DNA of 63,720 nt, counting the filler, from Lenisia limosa (lineage: Eukaryota; Protista; Breviatea): NCBI GenBank assembly GCA_001655205.1. It is 14 parts of 14 records of this genome, joined end to end, with 100 filler letters (N's around TTAATTAATTAA, not from the genome) between each part and the next. Parts side by side here need not be neighbours in the genome. Positions count along the whole stretch, not along the records: positions 1 to 1,991 come from LPNZ01003377.1; positions 2,092 to 7,706 come from LPNZ01006045.1; positions 7,807 to 17,065 come from LPNZ01007499.1; 11 more parts are not named here. One strand, written 5' to 3'. This document shows, one piece after another, positions 1 through 11,312 of this stretch. Each line of letters starts with the position of its first letter. Within the stretch, counting starts at the first letter, position 1. Under the pieces are notes generated by a model. It did no database searches, was not told the origin of the DNA, and saw nothing but the letters and a program-made list of their open reading frames with translations. Made by a program: the position numbers and the translations under genes.

Positions 1-14
1 GAATACTACCCCCC

Positions 15-1460
15 TCAAAACCTTGACGCTCTCTTCTTCCTCAGCCTCGATTTTAACTTCGGTCTTATCCTCGCTCTCTGTTTTTGGCTCTTCGGATGAT
101 GGAGATTTTGCAGGTTGGTTATCGGGAACGGGGGATGAGGAGGGAAGGGGGAATTGGTGCGCCTGGATTTCGGGTACAGGTGACATTTGAGGCAGCTGCA
201 AGTCGCTCTATGGGTGGTGAGAGGGCAAGGCGCTCTAAGGATGGTGAGAAGGCAAGTCAATGCGAACTCTCTGATGAAAAAAAAATCATTACCTGGCAAA
301 ATATGGTATTCTTCTACCCGCAAACTGGGACAATTTTCGACAAATCACTTGCAAAGAAAGGGTCATACGGGTGTCCCCCAGCCTTGAGAATGAGAGTACT
401 CCCCCCATCCCGTGCAATTTATTTCAGAAGTCAGTTTAAGAGTTACACGTATATACTTTCCAATATCATCATAAAACACTTGTTTTCAATTTGACAATGC
501 ACTTACAGTGACTGAGATAAATCTTGACCTATTTTCCTTGGGAAATCATAGAGCAAATGGTCAAGTCTTATTCCAGTCACTGTACATGATATGCTGTGTG
601 TGGTATATTATACGAAATGAGAATACCCCTCCCCACTGCCGAAATGTCATTGATGGGAGTGTTGTTCGCCAAACTCTGGATTGTCAGAGAAGTAGGCCAA
701 AAGTGCTTCTATTTTTGTGGTTAGTATCTGAAATCATACGGAGAAATTAAGTAGGGCTTCACTGTGGTTCCAAAAAGACCAGTAAAATATCGATAGTTTT
801 CGAGGATTTATCGAGAATTAATTTTTGAACCGAAGTAAAGCCCTATTAATAAGGTAATTAGCTCCCCTCATACGGTAATGGCGACAGGGATGGGAGGAAG
901 ACTAGCCACTAATTCGGGAGGAAGAGTATCTTCAAATGTGAAGTCTGCGGGAGCTGCAGGGGGGGGGGGGGGGGNNNNNNNNNNNNNNNNNNNNNNNNNN
1001 NNNNNNNNNNNNNNNNNNNNNNNNNNNNNNNNNNNNNNNNNNNNNNNNNNNNNNNNNNNNNNNNNNNNNNNNNNNNNNNNNNNNNNNNNNNNNNNNNNNN
1101 NNNNNNNNNNNNNNNCGCATTGACTTGGGATTCTTATGAAAAAGCGCCCACTATTTACATGGGGAAGCCCATGTGATTATACGGAAATTTGAAGATTATG
1201 GGATTCCAAATACAACATGGGAATCCCAAGTCGATGTGCCGTAGGGATACACCCGTCCTACTCATAGGCGAATAGGACTCGAAAGACGGGAATGGGGAAG
1301 CTCCTCGGAGGGATGATGGTGACGGAGAGAATGATCCTGAAAGGTTCCAAATAAGACGATATTATCACGGTATTTTTGGGGAACGTAAACCACGCCCTCA
1401 TCTTTGGTGACTAACCTGGGCGGAAGTCTGTGGAAAATGAGGGGTCATTTGGGCCTGAAA
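15..1460 (-). CDS. Uncharacterised multi-exon gene fragment (Pro/Ser-rich)
   Basis: Minus-strand exons with GT-AG borders, e.g. PADFTFEDTLPPELVASLPPIPVAIT (~875-955) and KHFWPTSLTIQSLANNTPINDISA (637-708); no family recognised. Confidence 0.4.
752..845. mobile_element. MITE family A (hAT-like, ~95 bp)
   Basis: TAGGGCTTCAC...GTAAAGCCCTA terminal inverted repeats; internal TCGA-rich core shared with 11 other copies; intronic. Confidence 0.85.
1118..1236. repeat. Small inverted-repeat element (MITE candidate)
   Basis: CATTGACTTGGGATTCTTATG (1118-1138) pairs with CATGGGAATCCCAAGTCGATG (1216-1236), 3 mismatches. Confidence 0.6.
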
Positions 1461-1870
1461 TTATTAGATCCCTCGAAATTCATCCTCGAATTTTACTCCT
1501 TTTTTTAACAATCAAAATTGAGTTAATTTGAAAAACAAGGGTTCAGTAGAAACATTTAACGTGGATTCTATGCCATCGTGTTTATCTGAAAACGGCCACA
1601 ATTACCATCATCAAATCAGCCCTTACCTGAGAAATCCAGAGTACTTGAATGCTCGCTCGTGCCCATCAAATTNNNNNNNNNNNNNNNNNNNNNNNNNNNN
1701 NNNNNNNNNNNNNNNNNNNNNNNNNNNNNNNNNNNNNNNNNNNNNNNNNNNNNNNNNNNNNNNNNNNNNNNNNNNNNNNNNNNNNNNNNNNNATATGAGG
1801 GTAAATAACAGCAAAAATCAACTTTGGGGAAAATAAAAAAAAGAGGTTTTAGTGAATAGTGTATTATACC

Positions 1871-1970
1871 TAGAGCTTCCCTACGGTCCCAAAAAAGACT
1901 GAATTTCTTGATAAATCCTCGATAAATATCGATATTTTACCGGTCTTTTTCGGACCGTCGGGAAGCCCAA
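1871..1970. mobile_element. MITE family A copy
   Basis: TAGAGCTTCCCTACGGTCC...GGACCGTCGGGAAGCCCAA; flanks ATTATACC/ATTGCACC (6/8 TSD). Confidence 0.8.
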
Positions 1971-2035
1971 ATTGCACCCATAACCCCCTCCNNNNNNNNN
2001 NNNNNNNNNNNNNNNNNNNNNNNNNNNNNNNNNNN

Positions 2036-2047
2036 TTAATTAATTAA
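2036..2047. other. Artificial scaffold-joining spacer (one of 13)
   Basis: TTAATTAATTAA (stop in all six frames) embedded in N44 on each side; also at 7751, 17110, 18574, 20979, 29325, 33586, 35916, 37214, 42015, 58323, 59799, 61777. Confidence 0.97.
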
Positions 2048-2137
2048 NNNNNNNNNNNNNNNNNNNNNNNNNNNNNNNNNNNNNNNNNNNNTATTGCTTC
2101 CCTATTAATATCGCGTACGATTACTCTTACCTCCACA

Positions 2138-3770
2138 GCACGCAAGAAGGCTGATAATGAAGCTGAAAACAGGATACAGGCGATCGGTATGATGCCGACT
2201 TGATAACGTTATACCATGCATATTACAGCTAATATAGCATAAGGGATCGGAGATATTGATAACTTTTCGATATCATTGTTTGATTTTCTGCTTTTAATGG
2301 GCATACAATATGACTGTTATCTCTTCTTTTTGCGCTTGAGAGCCTGTCCATTCCCAAGTTTACATCTTCAGAATCTTCTATTCCAGCCCTTCAAGATGCC
2401 ATATATGAAGCACTCCACGCCGATATCGGAACAGCGCTGGAAGAGGTATGCAATAGGAACATGGGACGCTCATTTTGACTGTTTATCCACTACTTTCTTG
2501 TTAAATTTTATTGCGTATCGTTCTTATACTATCAAATTCTGTCAAATTAGACTAGTATTTTCGATGTGTTTACAATATGCAAGTATGATGAATTTACGGT
2601 GTAGATGGCGACACACCAGGAAGATACATTCAACAGTTTGGTTGCAAAAAGGCTTCCGTGGGAGGGGTTACTTATTAAAGCCTCACTTTCGGACCTAAAA
2701 TAAATATAAAACAATCTCGAAGTGTATTCAAAGTAAAATTTAATTCTTTATAACCGAAATGTTCCAGAATGTCAGCTGAACCAGTGAAACAAGAAGAATC
2801 ATCTTCTAATTTTCATTAATGCTGATATTTTTTCGTATCAATTAACTAACCACAAGTAGGGATACCAGAGAAGTCTCAACCGACCTTCATATTCTGAAAA
2901 AAGAAGTTGCGACATTATCTGCAACAGTGGAACGGCAGCAAGCTCTGATTGGAAAGCTGCTCCAGAATTCTGTTGGGAGGGGAGGGGGATTATGATTTAC
3001 AAATAAACTATTGTGCAACATCCACATTAACATCTCATAGCACCCGGACAACGCCGTACCTTCGCACGTGCTGGAAAATAATCAGAACCATATTGAGACG
3101 TTGGCCTCCTCGCGCAACGCCAGCACGCCTCAAGTGGGTGTGGAATAGGGCTTCACATCAGTCACCAAAAATGAATTTTGTCAATAATACTCATAGCTAG
3201 CGATACTTTTGTGTCTCAAAATACACCCTGCTCCTTTTTTATCGACTCTATTCTTCCTTTTCCGCTTCCTTTTCTCCATTCCATTTACGACCCACCCCCC
3301 AGCAGAGGAAAGCATCCGAAAAACCACCGGCCCCGCGACTCCTGAATCCGAAGCTGTCGCCAGTTATACACCCCGCAGGCCCTCTGCCGGAGATACCACA
3401 AAGTGGGGTGACGTTCAGTTATTTACCAGATTTATGAGGTTCTGCTATTCAAAGTTGAGGATTTCCCTCCATATCATAATACATAGTATGTGTTTACAAT
3501 GCAGATTTCAATATATTTGTTGTATTCTACTCAATTCCCCACTTCCCTTGTTTCACACGTCGCAGGAAAGAACCTGACAAAACTAACGTCTCGCTTTGAA
3601 TCCATCGTGAGAGAAATGGTAAGTAGTTTGTTTTAATTTTTATGCAAAGCAATGAATAATGGATCGATATTGGAGAAAAGTGACTGGAGATATCCATGAA
3701 CGTTCTGCGTGAATGTACCACCTTCCACCTTATCCTTTCAGCAAGGACTTGAACAGAGTATCACAAGGAA
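2138..3770 (+). CDS. Uncharacterised multi-exon protein with coiled-coil segment (partial)
   Basis: GT-AG bounded exons SLSIPKFTSSESSIPALQDAIYEALHADIGTALEE, DTREVSTDLHILKKEVATLSATVERQQALIGKLLQNS, EESIRKTTGPATPESEAVASYTPRR, GKNLTKLTSRFESIVREM. Confidence 0.5.
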
Positions 3771-4269
3771 GCCTACACCCTCTATTTAATTAATTATGTA
3801 ACATAGCTTCCTGCGTTGTAGAACTGCTAAAATATATTTACTAGGACTCAACATGTTGTAGTTTAACCTTGCTAGGCCAGGTTATACATGATCGTACAAA
3901 ATTATCCTTTCAATAATACAATTTAAAAATAATAATACAATGTCAAAAGACGAGACAATTTCAAGATCAAATGGTCAAATTGTCCTTAGCAAGGACTCTT
4001 TGGTACCAGTTTGGTACATGTACATGTACATGTATTCAAACGAATATACATTCTTATGATAGAGTTGACTTCCGATCAGGGACGTCCGTCCGAGCTATAC
4101 CGTAAAAAAGACAAGGATATAAACCCACGCCGTCACCCATTATTTGTAAACTGTGATACAGTGCTGCATTGTTAATCCACAGTATCAGTTCATTAGCTGT
4201 ATATTTCCAACATAATTCCTTTTATATACAATAGAGGGAAGTGCAATTACGTAGCACTCTAATTCGCGC

Positions 4270-7200
4270 CTCTCTCACAATCTATGATTGTATCCAGATG
4301 TGGAGAAATGATTGATAATAATTGTCCGGATCTTTCTTTGACTTCAATATATCCCAAATTCACCAAATTGAGAATAAAAAACAACATAATCATCAACATA
4401 ACATATTTACAATATCTTTTTAGAACACGCTTAGATATTTAGCGAAGGCCATGAGCCGTTATCTTGACATCTTATCGCGTGATCGTTTAGTGTGGAAGGT
4501 CCCATTGTCTTAGCAATTAAGTAAAAATGATTCAAAGAAGGCAGAAAGGCGATTAAGTAAAAGGGAAGCTAATAACACAGTTTAGAACGAGATATATCAG
4601 ACATGTATTATGAATATTATATGTATGCATGTATCGATATGTATGATAGTATATATAGAGAAATGAGAAAACCAAGATTGTATCTGGCCTGTATACCAAA
4701 TACTATTCCTTATTTCATACCTGGATTGTACAAATTGTTTCCAGAGTTGGTGACGCTGAAGGACAGATGATATTGTAAGATTGGTAGTCCGGCAATGGGT
4801 GACAAGGAAGTACTGAATGTTTACAATTGCACTATTGATAATCGTCAACTGTGTAGTTAAATACCCACTTTTTAGGGAGTTTGATGGCAAGATCGAGTAG
4901 CCTTGAACCCACGCGGAACTGGTAGTGTGAAGCATCCGTTTTAGTTTTATTTTACCATTGATATGCAAGTCCTATGAGTAGATTGATGCCCCAATAATCA
5001 CGATTTCAAATATTGACAAAAAAGAAGAAAGAGCTCTCTGAGATTGCCTTACTTTGACGGAGTATAGCTGTCTATCCACTCTGTGTCAACTTTTAACTTT
5101 GGATAAGTTTCCTCTAACCAAGGAAAAACTAAAGATTTTAGGTTCATAAAAATGATAAAACAATTACACTAAATGACAAAGATCTTCTCTTTTACCTAGT
5201 TGAAAGCTGAGCTCCTGAGTCGAACGATCCCACTTGTCCTAATGAGATAAATTGGAAAAACGTCATTTTGTGGCTTATCAAGTGAATTTCAGTTGTAAAT
5301 AAGTTCATATCCATCATTAATAATCTAGTTTGTATTCAAAACAATAAGAGATTCATCAAACCTCTGATATGGGACATCCGATCAAATTGGATTGACATGG
5401 AGTAATGAAAAGGCCAGGAGTTGTACCATGCTGAAAGTAATAAAACGTCAAGTGTTTCATTGACCTTATATTGGTCATTTCATTGTTCTACTCAAAAATG
5501 GAACATATTTTCAGTAATTTATAATCTGGATTTCACGAAAAGTAATTAACATTTCATTTTCAGCTCACAATAAAATCCACTTGGGAATGTGTTTTAGAAT
5601 CAGGAACTGCGAAGTCGGGAGGACTACAGACCCAAAGAGTAGCGTCACCTAGTACACCAATATCAGCACCCGACCTAAATAATTATTTTCTCTTTTTAGT
5701 TTCAATTTCAATTACCAAAAGAATCATAATAGATCATTATATATCCTATAATATGATGTATATTACATGCGTTTTTCTAAATAAACTAGAAAAGATATCA
5801 TATCATATGCGTATATTTTAATATTGTAGTGTTTTCCTATTTTAACTCATCAAGGTTTACATTTAATGGTGAATATTCACAAACATAAGAAGTAATTTCT
5901 GCGGTTTGTCAAAAGCAGCAAAGTCGTTATAAACAAATGTTGCTTGCAGTGTTATGAGTAGAGTACTGTCAAGTGTGTCATCTCTGGATGAGTAAGAAGG
6001 CAATCCTAAAATTCTTATCGTTTACACACCCAATCAGTGGCCAGGTTGGATCTTGGAGTTCGAAGACAGAGTCAATCAGGGTCAATGGGGGCCAATATTT
6101 ACTTATTAGTACGCCAGAACTAGAGTCAGCGCCCTGTCAGGGTTAATTTCAATGTTGAATTCTCATTATTTGTATTGATCCAAATTGAAAACTATGAAAT
6201 TGTAACACTGGAATATGTAATAAAACAGTTTAGCCGAATGTATCAGAGTTACGTTTTGGCGTATATCCTTGCGGTCCTAAATTAGGTCATTAATTGTTAT
6301 TTTGAGTTTTAAAGCCGCAGAAACCAGTTTTCATAACACATCAATTTCTGAGTTGTTTTGGGTTTTTCGGGGTTGTGTTTTTTTCACGAACAGCGTTTTG
6401 GATGAGTTGCGTGCCTTTTTCCGACTAAAAAAGTTAGTGGCCATTATAAACGACTCAAGTAGATTTAGTGGAATCCAAGGCTAAATAAGCAAGTTGAAGA
6501 TAAAAATCAACACTTTTCTGTGAAAATTTCTGTCATTACCGAAAGGACTTGCCTTCTATGGAAAAACAACGGAACATTCCAAAAATCAGTATTTTATTAA
6601 CATCTTTGACAGGTTTCGACTTAAGGGAGTTTACATAGCGGAAACAACTTTCTATAGAAAGTAATTGCTACATTTTGATGATTTTGACAGAAATACAATT
6701 TTTTGGGGTTTTTGGCCAAAAACCACAAATTTGATGACAGCTTATTTCGAGCCTATCTCAAAGATGTTAATAAAATACTGATTTTTGGAATTTTCCGTTG
6801 TTTTTCCATATTAGGCAAGTAAGTCCTTTCGGTAGTGATAGAAAGTTTAACAAGGAATGTTGTTTTTTATCTGCAACTTGCTTATTTAGCCTTGGGTTCC
6901 ACTAAATTTACTTGAGTCATTTATAATGGCAACTAATTTTTTTAGTCGAAAAAGGGCATGTAATTCATCCGAAATATTGTGAGTGAAAAAATTAAATTTG
7001 AAAAACTCAAAATAACCCAGAAATTGAATGTGGTATGAAAACTGGGCTAAAAATGGATTTTTGCGTCTTTAAAACTCAAAATAACAATTAATGACCTAAT
7101 TTAGGACCACGAGCATATGAATATATCACTGCGGCTGAAATGTAGATCGATGAAAACGACCAAAATATGGATAGAGCAACACAAAACATCCAATAGCTAA

Positions 7201-7376
7201 GCCATGTCACCTCAAAGTTGAAATTCTTCAAATGGAACGCTGTCATTAATAAGGGATCTGAAGCGGTGTATTTCTGGGCAATAACCCCGGTTAGACACCC
7301 AGGGCAGTCAATAACCCCTGATGCTCGCACACTGATAAAACGGGCAGAAGATGATAGCGCTCCAACTAGCACACCT
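4270..7376 (-). CDS. Uncharacterised multi-exon gene (partial), foldback element in an intron
   Basis: Minus-strand exons GVLVGALSSSARFISVRASGVIDCPGCLTG...KNFNFE, SGVLISKYWPPLTLIDSVFELQDPTWPLIG, HGTTPGLFITPCQSNLIGCPISE with canonical borders; ends and frame links uncertain. Confidence 0.4.
6273..7108. mobile_element. Foldback-type element: ~340-bp inverted arms with ~150-bp spacer
   Basis: Left arm 6273-6609 (GGTCCTAAATTAGGTCATTAATTG...CATCTTTGA) is the degenerate reverse complement of 6758-7108; no ORF; no TSD found. Confidence 0.9.
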
Positions 7377-7964
7377 GAAAACTACATCGATAAATGATTT
7401 TAACATATCGTAGTCCTTTGAAGTAACAGGTAGTTTTGGTATTAACATATTTGAGCGGATTTCAAACAGTTGGAAAGGCAGTCTACATGTACTATAACTT
7501 TTTGCGTATCAATATTCCTTACTTTGTACCAAACCTACATCATTATTTGACATGCCATATATTGTATAGTTGACTGAAACTTCAAATCGCTCAATCTATG
7601 AAATAACAATCAAATACCAGTCTGATGTGGTATAACCAGCATATAGCATATGCTGCTGCACCAAAACCGTGTCATTAATTCAGAAACCGTGTCATTAATT
7701 ATTTTTNNNNNNNNNNNNNNNNNNNNNNNNNNNNNNNNNNNNNNNNNNNNTTAATTAATTAANNNNNNNNNNNNNNNNNNNNNNNNNNNNNNNNNNNNNN
7801 NNNNNNCCAAGCCTAGTGACCAAAAACGACCAATTAACACCTGCACTTTGTCTAATCACAATTGAGTAAGCCTTGGCTATGCTAGGAGGCGTATATATTA
7901 TACTTCAATTGACATTCTCCTCCTTGGGCTGTGACATATCTTACAAACCTAGGAATGTCAGTCT

Positions 7965-8550
7965 TGTCATTTCGGAAGAAAAGTCAATATTCCACATTAT
8001 CTCTTGTTGTCGGAATAATGATCCTCATAACGGCACTTATGAAGTTTGGAGGTGGATATTAAGTGTTGGATAGGCCTCAATTGTCAATTAATGTTTCCAG
8101 CTTTTTCTCAACCCTTGTAATAGAAGACCCCGAGTTTGTTCCATCTTCATTCTTTGCTTCGATTTTTGTATGCAAGGGAATGAGGTCGTTTCTCGCTGAC
8201 TTTTAGATCCTTCAAATTGTGTCCTTTTTCCTTGTACTTCTCGGCTACATTTATGCACATGAGGCCCGCGCCATTACGAGGGAATATGNNNNNNNNNNNN
8301 NNNNNNNNNNNNNNNNNNNNNNNNNNNNNNNNNNNNNNNNNNNNNNNNNNNNNNNNNNNNNNNNNNNNNNNNNNNNNNNNNNNNNNNNNNNNNNNNNNNN
8401 NNNNNNNNNNNTTTAATTTTAAATCTAGGAGTAAATGTTTTGTCGTTAATAGCTCGTGTGGTCTACGTTTTCGTGTACATTGATTATCATCCTTCTGACT
8501 ACTCGTCGTTTTGACTCCGTCTGTGAGCAAGGGTTTGGGGGTTCTATTGT
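7965..8550 (+). CDS. Putative multi-pass membrane protein (partial)
   Basis: Spliced reading RKKSQYSTLSLVVGIMILITALMKFG-EDPEFVPSSFFASIF-ILQIVSFFLVLLGYIYAHEARAITREY with hydrophobic helices. Confidence 0.4.
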
Positions 8551-9966
8551 TTTCTACAGAAGGAATGAAAAGGATGATAAATGCTGTACAGTTTGCATAT
8601 TAACGTTTAATCCAAAATATAAATACATTGATAAATGAAAAGCTGTCTTTTCAAGATTGTATCCATGGAAGTATTCATATAAATTCCCATACTATATTAC
8701 ACAAGCATTTATAATTTTATTTACTTCGCCCACTCAGTAGTTGATTTCATTTTTAAATAACTGATCCAGGTACGGTGCTTGCCTGTTAACAAAAAGGCTT
8801 GAGCTATAATGGTAACTCATGTATCAGCTTCGCCGTGTCGCCCCTTCCGAGAGGGTTTCCATATTATTATGTAATTTGTAATTTTCCTTTTCCTAATAAA
8901 GGTAGCTTGAAGGCAACAAGGAAGCTTGGGTTAAATTATGTTGCTAACCACGAAGAGAACAATCTGTGGCGCTCCAAACAAAGGTAAAGTGTGAGACAGG
9001 CACGAGCAAGAGTAGACCAATCTCCCCTTCGAATATCTCCCCAAACGACCACTTGAAGAAATATATTACAACCATGATTTACTATAATTCAATATCTCAT
9101 ATAAACGTGATGGTGGACGGCTTCGGCCAGATACATCCTTGTTTTATTTTTCCCATTGCTAAATATATATCGATATATTACAACCAAACATTCAAAACAA
9201 ACCTATTGTCACAGCAGAAGAAAAATACACCAAGAAACCTTAATAACCGAAAATATCAGGATAAGATTGGGCCATAGTAACAGACTCTTGGTAGAGGGCC
9301 AAATCTAAACAATGAGTGCTCATTGACGGGAATTCCTTTCAAAATTGAACAAAATAGGCTGTACAAATAAACCCATTGTAGGTTAAGAAACCAAATGATT
9401 CCATGATGTACCTAACTATGTTTCGCGGTGAATTTTAGGACATAATCATAATATAAGGCACATCCTTGGCAGCCGCCACTCAAAAAAAAAATCAGTAACA
9501 AAGCCAAAAACACTTTTGAAGAGGTATATCTGGGGGGAATTCCCCCTGATATCCTCTTGCCCAAGATTCGGAGAGTTTAATAAATAAAATTAATATACTT
9601 TAAAACTTTATACGGTCATTCATCGGAAGCACTCAAATATGATTTTTAGAGCCTCTTATTCCCCTGATCTTACAGCACTGAAAACTGTATTTTTCTGTAA
9701 TATATCTATTCTAGAAGATAACAAAGGTGATAGACTTCTCAGAGAGTATCCTCGAAATAAATAGCTTCTCATTCGAAAAATCTTTCAAACTAAGAGCTCT
9801 TATTTGGAGGCTTCTTGTTTGATAGTATTCTAACAATTGAATAATTATGTTAATTATCAAACCTAATAGCTTTGGTTGGAGGGAAAGGCCTTAACAGTTG
9901 TCTTCCCAGATATACCTATTCAACAGCCCCTGACAAAACCAATCTATAACCCCACCCTCTTCTTAC

Positions 9967-10586
9967 CAAAATCAGTTGCAAGAGGGAAGGCTGCCTGGAA
10001 CTGACCCACTCGCTGTTGCGGATTCAACTGTGCCCATTATTCGAAAACAAAACAGAGCAAATAGTGAGACAGATGAAGAACGGTTAGCGCCACAAACTGA
10101 GCAAACAACTTCAGCAAATTGACCAACGGGAATGGGTTGGGAATTTACGATCTGCCAGGTTAGTGTTTTCATGTTGCGATTTCCTGAAAAAGAGAAAATG
10201 AAAGCGCAGCATGAAAGCGACAAAAAGAGTGGCGGTTAGGTCTGGGCTGGTAAGGACATGATAATCATTTATTGCAAATTTAGAACATCATAACCTTCAA
10301 GGCAAGAGTGGAAAAAAAAAAAAAAATCCAAGGTAACCAAGCACCTGAACAGCGCAATACCAAAATGGAGAGGGTTCAGAGGAGAGTAATACGATAGCAG
10401 AATATGGCGCGCTCCTTACCTCGAGCTCTCCATCTCCTAAATTGAGAGTAATTCGACCATTTGCTGATGTTTTCACCTACAGCAGCATAAGCAATGCAAA
10501 ACCGTTCAACCAACCTGACCAACAACCATCACAACTCGTCCAAGGTAGGAATCAATATCCTTAGCAAGTATACGAGGGGTTGCCAT
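9967..10586 (-). CDS. RPA3: Replication protein A 14-kDa subunit (last exon not resolved)
   Basis: Four phase-consistent exons (10586-10515, 10476-10420, 10151-10098, 10027-9967) give MATPRILAKDIDSYLGRVVMVVGQVKTSANGRITLNLGDGELEIVNSQPIPVGQFAEVVCSLNPQQRVGQFQAAFPLATDF, matching the RPA3 OB-fold pattern (TPR..., EV.G.V, DFD). Confidence 0.75.
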
Positions 10587-11312
10587 GACTGACGCGGCGT
10601 TTACTGATGATTAAAAATCAGTGAAACAAAAAAAATGAAGCAAAATCCGAATTAGAAAGATTATATCAGGATTATAAATTCTAAAATGTTTGTTCAACTT
10701 AAAACAACCGTGAAAACAATGTGAATGAACTAAAAACAAAACATCCCAGCCCAGAACCTGGGGATGAACACAGGCAGACATACTACAAAAATTGGGGATT
10801 TCTTTTTTGCGAGTTCTGGGTTAAGTCTGGGAGCATAATATTTATTAATAATCAGAACTTTATTTATTATAACGTGATAAAGCAAAATGTCAATGTTGAC
10901 CGTCAAAATTATCCAGGCCCGTAACCTGATCGTCCAAGACCGCCTTACCCGTATGTAGGATAAAATAAAAACTTCACTTGCTTGATATGGTGTCGCTTTC
11001 TTTTCATAATAGTAACTTCAACTAGGTTCTTCCGACCCTTATTGCATCCTCCGCCTTCGTGGAAAGAAACAGAAGACTAAGGTGGGAAAATGTAGTTGAA
11101 TGTGAAGAACAAATCATCTAGCCAATTTACTCACTTTTTAGGTGATCAGTGAAAACCTTAACCCACTTTGGGACAATGAAGTGTTCGAATTCAATCTCAA
11201 AGACATCGGTATGCAGTCGTTTTGATCCGCTCTGATATTTTAGTGGTTTCCCCTTAAGATTTTTTGCATTATGTTTTTAGGAGTTGGTGATGGTGACGCT
11301 CTAACTTTCACC

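Noticed and set aside
4270-4570. Possible hAT transposase C-terminal remnant (DPDNIINHFS)
   Set aside because: Only a few residues resemble the dimerisation motif, it needs frame changes, and it is better explained as part of the surrounding minus-strand gene
9972-10112. Plus-strand open frame LQEGRLPGTDPLAV...
   Set aside because: Antisense shadow of RPA3 exons 3-4, which splice in phase and match the family
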